A DNA stretch of 64,000 bases, taken from contig CM121342.1 of NCBI GenBank assembly GCA_051530055.1, forward strand, positions 13,841,480 to 13,905,479, in the 5' to 3' direction. This document shows, in pieces, positions 13,115 through 26,329 of this stretch. Under the pieces are notes generated by a model that was not told the DNA's origin, made no database searches, and worked only from the letters and a program-made list of their open reading frames with translations. The DNA is from Neoechinorhynchus agilis (Eukaryota; Animalia; Acanthocephala). Position 1 is the stretch's first letter. Each line of letters begins with the position of its first letter. The translations under genes were made by a program, and so were the position numbers.

Positions 13115-16100
13115 TTAAGCAATCTCCTTAGAAAAAGGAGTTTGGCTTTGTTTTCGTCCCTTGCGAAATAAAACAAGTTTTACGTTGTTCGGTCCACCTT
13201 TTATTAGACCAATAGCTTCCATGTGAGTCATTCCCACAGCTTGATGCCCATTTATCTCGAGAATCTGATCACCCGGCATTATTCGCCCGTCCATATGCGC
13301 TGGTCCCCCTGCAGCTATCCTTAAAACAAAGAGTGGCAAACCATACTCGTGACCACCGCGAATACTAAATCCATATCCATTCCATGCACGAGGTAAATCC
13401 ACGTCAAATGTCTGATCTTCAATTGGAGGAGAGAGTTTGTCGTATACCGACGGTCCGGTAGCACTTGATCCGGAAAGAGACTGTTGTTCATTTACGGAAT
13501 TACCACTAATTGCGCCATTTTGAATGGGAGGTGTTCTAAAAAAGGTCGATCTCATATGGGAGTCCAACGAAGCAGTTCGACTGTTTTCACCGCTCATTCC
13601 GGAGGCGTTTCTCTGAGTCATTATGTCTTCACTTTTCACGCCCATTAAAAGAAAAGAAAGTGAAAAGTGAAGTGGTAGCGATGTAGCCGGACGTCCTAAA
13701 GTGGAACCAAGTGTGGACTCAATTTGAGATGACATTGAAGATTGTTGTCGCCTCCTGTGAGGCAAAGTATTACTTGAAAAAGATTCGATTCCATTTAAAT
13801 CCGCATATCGCCAGTACTCTGCCAATTCACGATGATAGGCCGTCCTACTTGAACGACCATCGATGCGTTGTTCCCCAGTTACAGAATCAGGTGCCCCGAC
13901 CGTCAACATGATACTCGTTCCGGATTCTTTGATAAGATTTACGACATTGTGATGAGGCATTCCGTCGATGCTGATTCCATTTACAGCCAGTAGTCGATCG
14001 CCAACCGTTAACTGGCCGCAGCGATCAGCCGGTGTCCCTTCAATAACTCTGCCAATAACAGAACTGCATTTGTGCAGCGAGGAAAGGATTACAAATCCAA
14101 AACTTTCATGTAGACTCGCTTTCCGCAATGTGACATTAAGTGGATATCTACTTGATTGGAATCCATTGTGTCCAGATTCATTGCTTGGTTGATATGAAAA
14201 CGTCGAACGTAATCGCCTAACAGTTAAATTAAGAACGCCTCGATGTCTGCTTTGAAGAATAAGATCGACAACTCTGGCGTGGCTGGCGTTTACAACAGGA
14301 AAACCGTCTATTTCGACGATCTCATCCCCAACATTTAAGCGGCCATCCATCTCAGCAGCACTTTGCGGTACCACGTATCCTACACTGACCTGAGTTCCTT
14401 CTTCCATTCCACCAACGATTCTGAAACCAAACCCTGGGCCTGAGTCATCAAAAACCGGCCCGTTCGGTAGACGAAGAGTTATGTTGAAATCGAGAGTATC
14501 CCTAACAACCGATGGAAGAGCAGAAGTTTGTTGTTGAAGTACGGACCCGCTGACTTCGGTGTTGGCAATGGGCATCCCTGCACTGCTATACGAACGATAT
14601 CGATAATCGTTCATGGACTGATTCGCGTAACTAAATAAGAATGTTGATTTTTGTGCTTAAAAAAAGTCATTACTTTGCTGGTTGAGATGCGCTAGTGGAT
14701 CTATGTGAGAGGACAGGGCGATTCTTGACTAATTCACTCTTGACAATATTTGCCTTTTGCAGGGTTTGTGCGGGACGAGGGGGTTTCGCAGAACTGCGTA
14801 GAAACCACATGAAAATAGAAAAACCGATATTTTTAAAGAGTAACCGACCTGTACATAACGGGAGATTGATGTTCATTGTCTGTTGATTGGAGGTTTGAAG
14901 AAGCTTCAATTGAACCTAAACACGCATGATTAGGCATAGATCGATTAAATTACTTGTGAAAACTATTATAAACCTGATGAACTAATCGTAACACTGTAAT
15001 CTTCATCGCTAACCAATGGGGCGCGGAAGATTGGAGATTTCTTGAACAACCCAGAAAAATAAGAGGAGTTCAACGAATGACGATCATTCATAGCTGATAC
15101 TTTGAACTTGAGCATCCTTCTCAAACAGAAGAATAGGAAGTGTAAAGTCGAAATGTGACTAGTAGTGCGGCACAGCAATCTCCCAAGGGATTTTTTGGTT
15201 TCCGAAAGTGGAAAAACTCGTTCGTGGAACCAGTCTGCTTTTTTGTGTAATAGACCAAATGGGTGTCTGAAGGGATGTTATCAAATGCGCAAAAGATAAT
15301 GATGGCTGCACAACTGTACATAGCTACAAATGTCTATGCATGATCTAGTGAGTCTGCCAGCGGGATGGGGATCGCCGGACTACAGTGTAAAAGTTTCATT
15401 TAGGGTGTTTGCCCAAACTCTCACTGTGTCGTCTAGCCACTATTTAACAAAACAGAATTGTACCAATTCGGCAACGACGACAACAGTGGTGGTGTTAAAA
15501 CGAAACTGATCGGCAACGTGAGGCCGCAAGGTGCAATAAAATCGTACTTTTACCCGAAAAAGAACAACTACGGGTGGGAGAGTGTGTTCATTGTTAAAAT
15601 TGACTTACTTTTCAACATCGCAGGGCACCGACTGTCAAGCTCAAAGGTGGTGTACTCGCCAACCTTGCATTGCTTAAGAAAATTAACGACTTCAATGTGA
15701 CCAAGACCTTCAACATCGACATCATTTATCCGAAGGATCAAGTCTCCTTCACATAAAGCTCCACATCTTTCTCTGTCAAAGATTTGCTTTACTCGTTGTC
15801 CGTCCTGGAGACAGTCAACAATAGTGAATCCAAATCCTTTTGAGCCTTTTAGGATCTCTACTCGACGAATGCTGTTCGATCGAGGACTCGGGAGTCTCAT
15901 CGACGAAGAATTATCATAAATGCTAGTCCACGGCATGGTTCCAACTGAAAAGAGCTTGTCAAGTGGATCCAAATGATCAGAGTCAACTGATGAAGGCGGA
16001 CGACAAACTGTCAATTCAACACTTTCATCGCGTTTAATTGTCTGAAAAATCTTGACTACATCTGAGTGGTTGTATCCAAGGACACAAATGTCGTTAACAT

Positions 16101-17828
16101 ACATTAGAACATCACCTGATATTTTGTAAAATAAATTGGGAAAAAAGAAACTCAAGAACGAACCTTCGCGAAGTTTACCAGATTCATCCGCACATCCATT
16201 TGGAATAATTTTCTTGATTTGAAGAAAATCGTCATACTTGCCATTTCCGCCTACAATAGTAAACCCAAATCCGTCGCTGGGTTTTTGAAGTCGCACCGTT
16301 ATGAATTCTCCGTTAAATTTATCAATTTCTCCATTAGAAACATGATGATCAGTTGACTGTTGAACATTCGCAGTAGCGGTGTTTTTTACAGGCTGTTCGG
16401 CCTGTTCGGTTAAGGTCATATCAAGCATTTCCTTGTCCAAGGAATTTGTGGGTTGTACAGTATTTATTGAAGATCCAGGTCGAGGCGTGCCATAAAAATG
16501 TCCACGATAAAATCCACTTTCGAGTAGGTCTCCATTTTTCTCGGAAAGCATGAATTGCTCAATTGTTAGAAAGTTGTAATCTCGTCCGGGAATTTCGCCT
16601 TGCCGTACAGGACGAGTAGTGCCTTTTAAGATGCGTTTAATTCATGAAAAATAGAGAATTTATAGAGACATACAGGGAATTGTTCGACTATAGAGATTTT
16701 CTCTAAGTATTCGTTGCAGATGGAAGTCTGGGTACTCTTCACTTGAGTCTTTGTCGTCCGATTTTTGAGGAGTTTCGAATGAAAGTGACAGAAACTCACT
16801 GATGACTTCTGTAAGACCTGAAATAAGAGGATGTTTTTAGATTAAGAGCTCAAATAGCCCACAGATCGGCAGAACAAGAACTCCCGGTCTAGTCCTAGTG
16901 TGACAGAAATGTCGGGTTGAAGAGCTTTTATCGTGCTGTATCCAAGAGGCAGGTAGATTGTGCTGGTGGGATAGAAGATCTTAATGCAAGGGAGTCACGT
17001 TCTCCACGCCGGAATTTATCTTGATTGGTTATCTATTGTCTTCTTTGCTGTCGTAGTCGCTTCGTAAAGACGACTGACAATCATCAGTTTCGCCATGGCG
17101 AAATTGATTATTTTCGTATTCTAACACGCCAGCAGGAAGGGAATAAAAGCTCAATTCACATAATGGGATCATTAACGTCTCCAACTAGCATAAAACCATA
17201 CAACATAACAGATGATCAGAATGTACAGGATGAGAGATGATGTATGTGGGGTTGCATGTATTCTCTTATGTCTTGGGAAGCATGGAAGACGGTAAACCGA
17301 AGCAATTTACATTATTTGTCCCAAAGGAATGCGCGTGGACCGTACAGTCTAATGGCGATTGCATTGATGCGAACTGTGCCGTTTCACTTGCTTGACCAAC
17401 CATTTAAAAAACTTACCGCAATCGGGAAAGGTCTCTAAAGATGGTACCAGTTTTAGTCCAACAATGCCGTTTCCGTCAGCCGATGGAGGTGTACCGCCTA
17501 TGCATTCATAAATGTCAGAACCCATATAAATCCTTTTTATAAGTTGAAACACTTCGCTCAACATAAATCCGGCAACTTTGGTACCGCCAACTTCGACAAC
17601 TATCCATCGTCCATTCGCTATAACATCTCCGCTGACTTGAGGCAGTTTGGCCACGCTAATGGTGCAAGTATTCTCCTCGTCTTTCATTTGACTCTTGTTT
17701 AGTACAATGAATTTACCCGTTTCCGAACCTCCAAACATCAATTTCTCCTTATTCCGGAGAAATTGATCACAGTCGATTATTATGCGGCGCAATCGATTCG
17801 ACCAATGGCTCGACGAAGGTGGTCTCAT
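13115..17828 (-). CDS. MAGI: MAGI (membrane-associated guanylate kinase, inverted): PDZ0-GuK-PDZ1-PDZ5; multi-exon
   Basis: Start MRPPSSSHWSNRL (ATG 17828) matches the MAGI N-terminal HWxxR motif. PDZ0 contains MFGGSETGKF. GuK reads LQRILRENLYSRTIP/TTRPVRQGEIPGRDYNFLTIEQF...LLESGFYRGHFYGTPRP. Five further PDZ domains have GFGFTIVGG, GFGFTIVD, GFGFRIVGG, SFGFVILSS and GYGFSIRGG. Several in-frame short introns are retained in the ORF track. Confidence 0.93.
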
Positions 17829-19417
17829 CTGCAGTCGAAAAACGATTTGAGGGCAAAATTGGTTTAGAAACAAAACTAGTGGAACTTTGAGCATTCGAGG
17901 GACGAAAAAACAGCGGGAAAAGAATAGCGGCCGAGACAATTGCGATTGATGAATTGACTGCTGATTAGGGGGGAAAATATGTATGGAATATTGTTGAACT
18001 ATCAAGAAAATATCAACTGGATTTTTTTCCTTAAATGCAGGCTTTGCAAAAAACTTATAAAGCTGAAGGGCACGCCAAAGACATTTTAAAGAAGATTAGT
18101 TGCATTTTTCCCCGGAGTGTTAAAACGAAACTGCTAAACAAAACGGTCTTTTCGAATTCAGCACTAAAATCATGTGAATCTTTTACCGCACTGTACTGAG
18201 ACCTACGTTTCGGGCAAAAAATATGCATAGATAAGTGACAATGTGAAAGGTCTTTTTGAAATACTGTGTGATGGATAGCTCTTTGTTAAGGATAGTGTTG
18301 ATTTCAGAACAGGAAAATGCGAACTAGATTTACCTTTCATGATTGAGTTCTAGATATTTTAAAGGACGAACATAACGCGGTTTGAAAGGAGCGCGATGTT
18401 TGGCTATTTAGCAAAAACGAGAGATGAAACCGATCGTCTATTTGTGTATTTGGACCTGCGATTCAGAGGACCGTGTCCTCAAAATACTGCTAGGGAGCTA
18501 CAGGTTTGCAGGACTCTGCACGTGGCGTTCCAGGTAAGAACGGCACGTCGTTACATGCCAGCAAATGTGTCTTTAAAGTCTACAGTTGTGATTCTTAAGT
18601 TCATAATTGCCTTACCGATGGACGACGTAAAATTTCAGTATTGGATCATTTGAGACGATTGTTTAACACATTGTGAACATATTCTCAGGTCTGAGACAAA
18701 CTGAAAGGTAATTGAACGAGCACCGGAGGAGAAGAGCTTTTGAGATGTATTATTATTTGAACAAGGTCGTTGCTGCGCGTCCTTTATTTGTCACATAAGA
18801 GAAAGCTGTTGGTGTTGTTAGCTTCAACAAAGTCTAATGGTTTGAAGCAAGGAACCTGGCAACAGAATGCGACCACTTTTCGCCTTTATAAAGTTCAATT
18901 TTATCTTTTTCCCCGCAAAATCCAGAAATCGAGTTTTGGCCGGTTCGCCTGGTCGTTTACACTCAAAAACCCAAGCGACGTATGGTGCGCATACATTATT
19001 GCCCCGCCTGACTATAGTGGGCAAGTGCTCGTGTTTGAAGTAGCTCGTTTGAGAAAGTCAGCAGCAGTAGTTTGTTTGCTCAAAACGAGTTATAGGTCAC
19101 TCTAGAAATCGATCGGAACTTGACGAAATCGACCGTAAACAAATAGATAGGGGAGAAGTGCCTAGAAGCAAAAGAGAACACAATCTTCATGTATATAAGT
19201 GTGAAGAACTAAGGACAAAACCGTTAACCGAATCGCTTGCACTTCCTGCTAATTGATCTTCGCGATGAAGGTGTTATTGGCGTCTCGGAGATGAAAAGGT
19301 CAAATTAAGGAGTCAAGGGAATACTGATGAAGAAACGATGTGTCGGCTATTTAACGAATAATTGCTTTTTCCAAAGAAAAATTTCGTTTCTGATCAGATG
19401 ATAATCAAAGTTCGTTT

Positions 19418-19520
19418 TGGCGGAGTGTTTTATTTGAGAATGTGCCGAAATATCGGACTTAATAAATTCTTTTAATTTTTCCGCCACAAAAAATACATGA
19501 ACAATTCAATCTTCAAACAA
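19418..19520 (+). repeat. Short dispersed repeat (AATAAATT...TTTTCCGCCA...CATGAACAATTC), copy 1 of 3
   Basis: Matches 30256-30337 and 51399-51441. TGGCGGA (19418-19424) and TCCGCCA (19480-19486) form an inverted pair. Confidence 0.6.
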
Positions 19521-22289
19521 TTATCATATTAAGAAATTTGCGGAATAGGTTACAAATTAATCCGAAGTTTATACCTTTGCCATAAAATAGATAAGCAAAT
19601 GAATAATTTTTAGATAAAAGACGTTTTCAATAATCGACTATTGTGCATAGGACAATTAATTTGAAAGCCCTACAATATCTCAAGGTCAGAAATACGATCG
19701 AGAATGAGTCGCTTTATCGACTTGTAATATTCCCGATTTTCTACGATTGATTCGCTCTTGAAAATTCAACATAAATGATGAGGAGCAATGGCTTTATCCT
19801 GTTCAGATCAAGGAAAATATTCTCCTCAATGCCGACAGCAAAGATGCAATTTCTATTTGGACCATATAATGAAAAGACGCGGAACGGAAAAATTGAGGCT
19901 GTTGCCGTTAGGAAAGATACTCGGAGGATTATGGTTCACACATCAACATCATCATCATCAGACCATGAAAGCCTCAATTTAAAAGGAGGATGTTTTTGCT
20001 GACTTTATGATGGTCAGATTGGGCAAAATGTGATCGAGTTCATTTCGGCAAAAGTATTTTATGCAATAATTTGAATAATTTCTTTTAATTTGACCGAGCG
20101 AATGCACTTGATTGAACGTGCCTGGCCCACAATGTCTTCTTTTTCCACAATTACTCACCACTTCTATTTTCCGACGCATTCTGCTCACCTTTTTGTGCAC
20201 TTGAAGTGCTGCTAATGTTGATGGCCATTTGATCTTTTCGTTGCATTTAATGAGATGGATGAACTCAGTGAAAGTCAATTGACTGCCTTGTTTTGCTCTA
20301 AACATCTAGTTATATAAAACACAATTATAATTACGTGAACATCGAAATGGTATAATTCCTATGTGTTAGATAATAATCGAATTTCTTCTAGTTGGTATCA
20401 TCTCGAACATCGATACTACCAACTTTAAACAAACCAGTGTTAACATGAAAAAAAGCTACCTATCCAAGGTTATGGCTCTTCAAAGCTAATAGTATTTACT
20501 CGCTGATGTGTTCGAAATCCACGAGCTACGAAGCAACAAATCATTCCGATAACTTACATTTTTGATTGGATTTCCTTTTAGACATAAGACGCCACACATT
20601 CGATTTCCCGCTAAGGATTCCCTCGCTTAGGAGTTACTCTCAAGGGAGACTAATGGCATTTTGCAATCATCAATGAGTCGACTCCGATGTTCCCATTATC
20701 TCACTACTTAATCGATCATTACTATAAGTCGTCCGAACAATTGAGAAACAAGCGCGCCAAGGGACAAACAAATGGAATCAATCAATGGAGCCTCCGCTAT
20801 ACATCGCGAGTGTCGTAATGTGAAAATCCGTTCCACTATGAAGATTCATGATGGACAAATTGTAAGGATAATATACATTTTCACCAGTGTCAAAACGAAG
20901 CGGCTTCATTATGCAATTCGTCAAACAAACCTTCTAGTCCTCCATTATGCATTTTAATCTAGGGAAAAGTTGTATACTTTAATCGAGGCAGTCTATCTGG
21001 TTCGCAATAATTCTTAAATCACTCCCATTATTTGATGTCCAGTTCAGAGAAGTATTATAAAACGGCATTATAGCCTTCGGGCGTGTTTATGGTGATTCCT
21101 GGAGTAAAAAAGCTTTAGAGCAAAACCACTTCTTTTCGGCAAAGGTAACGTAAAGATGTAAAAGATTTCTTCGAACCACGAAACTCCCACTTTATTCCGC
21201 GGATATCTATCTAGGCGACGGTCATGTATTCACCCTTGAAACGTTGGTTGTGATCCTAGCCAATTAAAAGATTGAGATCATCGATGATTGATGTGGCTTC
21301 TAGGAGCTACCTTCTGATTAATAGTTATGTTATGATCGTCTGAATTTTCGTGACCGTCCTCCATAAATGTCGCTGTTTGTACTGAGAGCCTCAGTTTTTG
21401 CTCTGAGTTGATTTCATAGTGTTCTCTTATGATTTATCGCTGCTAATCAAAAGCCAAAGCCCATCAGATCGGCTCAGATATGTCACCAATGAAAATTCAT
21501 AGGGTCTTCGAAGGAGACGACGCCCTCCATAATAGATACGCCATAGACAGCGCCGTTCATGCATGTTTTGGTGCTTGCTCTACGAAGAAAGCGGATATGT
21601 TGCTGTGAGTTTTCTTCATGCTTGTATTCGTATCTTTTTTGGAGTAGCAATAAGTGGTTGTAAAGGAGGAGCTGATAGCCAAGCACATGATCTAACGTTC
21701 TTTAAAATGTTTTCTCAATCATGTTGAAAGTCGGACGATTAATAGCGCTAACGTCTTTATCATCGATAGTCCAAAGCAGTTGATTTGATTTCACGGGATG
21801 ATACTATCTAGTCGAGTTTGAATTATTCGCTTATTTAGTCGTTATTCGTAAAATTAACTTGATCAAGGACATTAGATCGAGAAAAAGATAACGCTTTTTG
21901 ATTGTCATTGAAGGAATTGTTCGGGAACCTTTGAGCGTGCAATATAGCAATATATCTTAGCAACTACTTATGACAAAGACACGGCTGGCCTTGAAGGATA
22001 CAATCTACTTAGATGTTAGCATACGATATACTTGTTCATGAATAGTGGTCAGTTTAGTCTTTTCGGAGGGGAATTTATTACGTAAAAAAGGATGAGCGAC
22101 AAATGCGGTATACTAAAATCCGACGAAAAATTCGTAGACCGCATGGATTCAAAAATCATACCAGTTAATTTTAAAATGACTACGGATTTGCGTACTCAGC
22201 CTATTTGGATACTAGCAGAACGAACACTCCGTTAGACGGAAGCTGCTGATCAATTAGATGCAACTTTATCATCGAAGGAATTTCTAAAA

Positions 22290-22483
22290 GTGTTATTTAG
22301 AAGTATTCGTCCGATAAATATTTTTTTCGATTAAAGACGTTATGCGAACCTCGTCGGTTTCATCGTCAGTTTGTTAATAAAGCGTCTTTTAATAACTAAT
22401 AAACTGATGATGAACCCGACGAGGTTCGCATAACGTCTTCAATCGAAAAAAATATTTACCGGGTGAAGACTTCCAAATAACAC
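22290..22483. repeat. Near-perfect ~190-bp palindromic HHR-family element
   Basis: The two arms of ~85-90 bp are reverse complements. Each carries CTGA(T/C)GA-TGAA(C/A)C-cgacga-GGTTC, with GAAAC replaced by GCATAAC in both arms. Confidence 0.8.
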
Positions 22484-23573
22484 TTCTTTCCTCGCAAATT
22501 GAATGTTGATATAAATTTCTGCCAAACCGTACAGGTCTAAGAATCCCTGATTTTTAGCCATTCCTCTATCAATGCTTCCTGCGTATTAGACGATGCTGAA
22601 TGCACTTGTTGTGGCCGATTATGCAAGAAGCCTCTCAAGATCCGTGACAGCCATTACTCGCTACTACCGATTACAATTTTCGTTACGAAAAAGGATGCAA
22701 AATTTTTTCTTTAAAAGAAATTAAATGGTGAACAAACGAAAGGTTAAATTAATTGATTTTATTTTTGGTCGATCATCAACACCCGACAGGGTTTCATAAA
22801 GTGAAATATATTTCAACTGATTGTACCAATCATTATCGATTGAAATCTAAAAATAAGCACGTAAGGTCACAATCATACGACAAATGTCGTTTCTAAGTCA
22901 ACTCCGTCGCCAATGACTGATAATTTTTAACAGAGCCCTAAAGTAAACCGTCTTAAAGATTGCATAAACTCAGGCATTTAGAATACTACTGGGAAAAGAT
23001 TGGGGGATCTTTCGAACTTTCCTCATGATTTTTTCATATTTTCGTTAATTAAGCACACTTTAAACTTGTAAAAAAATATTCAGTTCCTCATTTCATATAA
23101 GGTTTTTTCTGACGAATTCCCCTTCTCGATAAAACTAACTTTTACACGGGGTAGTCAAATGAACAACTGACAGAATTATCTTGATGAAATGCTTAGAGAG
23201 GATGTCTCTCAAGTACATTATCAAGACGATGCGTATACAATTATCCCCGAGACGAAACGTTGATTTTAGCCTCAAATTTTCCATTTAACAAATACCATCA
23301 TATTTGGCTTCTAGAGTGCATTCGACTCAAGACAGAATTCGAACACACGCACACACGAGAATATTCAACTTTACATTATTTGCCCACTTGCCCAAACTCA
23401 GTAGCACAAACAAATCTTTTTTATCGCTCGCGCTCTTGATCGTTTGAACAATGGGGAAGGGAAATAACGGGCGTTTTCTTCGAGAACACACACGATATTC
23501 TCTTGTTTGGTATTATGAACACATTTCACACTTTGTTATGATCAAAAAACGAGGTATTATTCCGAACGTTTGT

Positions 23574-24401
23574 CTACTGCTGCTGTTGTTGATGATGGTG
23601 ATGGGGAGCACTGACGGCAACAGCGGCTGCGGCTGCAGTAACAGTGGGTAGCAGTTTGACAAGAGTCTGAGTGAACGTACGAACTCGTTCGGTGTTGGAA
23701 CATAGAACGCTGAATGCGCTATAGGCTCGTTCAGGACTGATTGATTTCTGTCTGTTGATGGAACTGATACATCCTGCAGGACATAGACCCGCTCTACGTT
23801 CCTGATCAACTCTTCGAATGCTATCAAGCCACGAGAACAGCATTTGTGAGTAAGTGGATTCAGCCGTGGCTGACGTAAGACGCTGGATGAACGAAACAAC
23901 GTTGCAGTACTCTTTTAGAAACTCATAGACGATCCAGTCGATAAGGCACGAACTGGACGGAGGTGTTCCAGTGGGCAGTATTCCGCCCATGTCCACGTCC
24001 GATGATGAGTTGATGGCCGTGAACAGGATGCGAGTTATTTGAGTACGAAATTCGGTTATGAGACGTAATTGAACGAGGCTGGAACGAAGGCAGTCACAAA
24101 TAACGGCACCATAACGATGGGCAAACATGGTTGAACATCGATTGATAGCGTTACAAGGAGGAGATGCGACATGAGTATTGTATGAAACTCGTGATTGAAC
24201 TGGATACGACGATGGACGGCGATCAAGATAAATCTCATTCTCTGCCGGATCATCCAAAAGATTATTGACCATAGATAAAAGTCTACTGTCTAAAGCGTCG
24301 CTCTTAACATCATCTACTATGCCTTCACGAGCACTATTGATCAATTCGTTCGTCTTTGGAGGTCTGAGATAGGGTAGCATCAATGCTATGAGGTCTGAAA
24401 T
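23574..24401 (-). CDS. Terminal exon of an unidentified gene ending in poly-Ala / His4-Gln5
   Basis: About 275 open codons follow an acceptor (tcgttcttatgcag|ATT at 24401). The composition is protein-like and the frame ends AAAAAVAVSAPHHHHQQQQQ*. A likely upstream exon lies at ~24480-24690. No family recognised. Confidence 0.6.
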   Translation of the reverse strand: MSDLIALMLPYLRPPKTNELINSAREGIVDDVKSDALDSRLLSMVNNLLDDPAENEIYLDRRPSSYPVQSRVSYNTHVASPPCNAINRCSTMFAHRYGAVICDCLRSSLVQLRLITEFRTQITRILFTAINSSSDVDMGGILPTGTPPSSSCLIDWIVYEFLKEYCNVVSFIQRLTSATAESTYSQMLFSWLDSIRRVDQERRAGLCPAGCISSINRQKSISPERAYSAFSVLCSNTERVRTFTQTLVKLLPTVTAAAAAVAVSAPHHHHQQQQQ

Positions 24402-25507
24402 CTGCATAAGAACGAAACGAGATTATGGTTCACTTCTAAAAAGGTGCGTGTGTGTGAAGAAACGGTTAAAGCGAAGGTACGGCAACGGGAAAAGTGCATG
24501 TCAACTCAGCTCTAGTCAAAAGTGTCTCCACATTTTTCTCTGGGAATAAGAATGACAAGTGACATATCGCGAATCCCTTGGGTTTTTTTCTCAAAGAGCA
24601 AGTGTAGATCCAAGGTCGTAAATGTTCGAATCGAGGAAAACGCGAAATACGGTTTTGGTTCAGATACATATAAATGGCTTCCGTCTCCTTGAATAAAACA
24701 CAAAGTTTACACAACAGACATTCTAGATGAACACAAATAAACATTGCGTTTCTTTTAGGGGAAATGGAAAATGTTTCCTCGGATTCTGTTGATAGTGTCA
24801 GAGTGATGCTTTAAAGCGTATTTCAAATTCGCCAACTATTTGGTGAATATTGTCACTATACAGCGCTCACGAGCAGTGTTGAGAAACACCAATGAGCTGG
24901 ATACATCAGTAACAATACACGCAGCAGCAGCAGTTACCGTCACTTTTTTGACAAAGGCAGACGTTAGGTAACCGGGCGAAGGAGTGCGTAGAAGCGAGAT
25001 GTCGGAGAAGAGATGCTCTCTAGAGAAATGACCGGAATAACGGCTGTTATAGTAGCCGTCATTAAGACACTTGTTGTTAGATTTTTTCGCAAATAAAAAA
25101 CGACCTATGAATTTGACAGCGTCAAACGTTTGTGGGGAGAGATTATTGTAGACGGACGGTTAAAGCGAGACTTCCACAAAAGACTTCTGAGATGTTATCA
25201 ACAAAAGGGCGATGTTCGCAATCACCCCATATAGTTTAACTCAAGATATCAATTCGCTAGATAAGAAAATCTTAATGCATTAAGTAGCAAAGTATGTGTT
25301 TGAGGATTGTTGAAACTATCAGCCCATACACACACGTTTCCTGCTCCTTTCGCTGTGTGTCAGGCTCTCGGATGTCAGTTCGGCGGTGGCGGCAGAGAGT
25401 TGCGTGTGGAAGAAGAGAAATGACATTATCGAGAGCAAGGGGAAGTGATTTAAAAAACGAAGGTGAATTCGATTGGGTCGAGCGAATCAGCTGAGATGAA
25501 GGGTAAT

Positions 25508-25969
25508 GTTGTCATGGCAACAAGCATGTTCCAAGGGTTCAACAATTGTGCATGAGTGAGCGAACTGACAAACGGTAGCTGGCTTGTCAATCGAGCAAAA
25601 CGAGGAACGCATAAACGTAATTGCCAACGCACGAGCAATGGTGAAAACAATTATTTGGCACACGAGTAAACGAGAGGTATTCTCAAACACGTTGAACTTC
25701 TATAAAGTTCACTAAGGACTCTGAGAACCGAGCTTCATTGAAAACACGATACTGTTTTGATTCGTTTCCATGGTAACCACATTTAGACTACAGACGAAAA
25801 AAAGGGAAATGTGTAAAACGGTCGTTGTCGTCGTGATGGAAGTCAGCTGGCTATTATTCGTAAATTAGATCGAACAAAAAGGAGATTTGCCGTACGGGTT
25901 TGGACAAAGTGTGATTTCATTAGAATCGAGACGTCGTTTCCATGGCAACATGTTTGTTGTCATAGCAGC
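25508..25969. promoter_or_regulatory. Cluster of RFX X-box motifs
   Basis: GTTGTCATGGCAAC (25508-25521), GTTTCCATGGTAAC (25764-25777) and GTTTCCATGGCAAC (25936-25949) fit GTNRCC/GTYNYC-AT-RGNAAC. GTTGTCATAGCAGC (25956-25969) is a near match. Confidence 0.65.
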
Positions 25970-26329
25970 AGGCGCATTTAATAAACTAGCTTCACCATAG
26001 GAAAAACAACATTGTCTTAGGTCAACTTAATAACGACATTCTCGAGATACCAATTTCGGTGGGCGGCTACTTGAATCATAAAATGCTGCGTTAAAATTTG
26101 TGTTTTACATTTTATTTGTCCACTCTCAATGAGTGTAAAAATGAGCCCCTCAACTCTGAAAGAAAGCTTAAGACTTCGTTATAGCACGATGGCGTCAAAA
26201 CCGCACTCGTTTGTAGTTCTAGAGTCGAGCTTTTTTTGAATAGGGCGGGAACTCTTTAGAAATAGAAGAATGTAAGTCTGAGGGAAGATGGATTTTTATG
26301 TGAGAGTCATGCATTTTCGCGCGGGATAT

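Noticed and set aside
18396-18653. YLDLRF...RELQ resembling the start of a MAGI GuK domain on the opposite strand
   Set aside because: It is a short motif with different spacing and no following TTRP/GuK sequence. Chance similarity cannot be excluded.
18000-23400. Scattered 60-110 aa ORFs upstream of MAGI
   Set aside because: There are no recognisable domains or consistent exon chain, so the region is treated as intergenic or unresolved.
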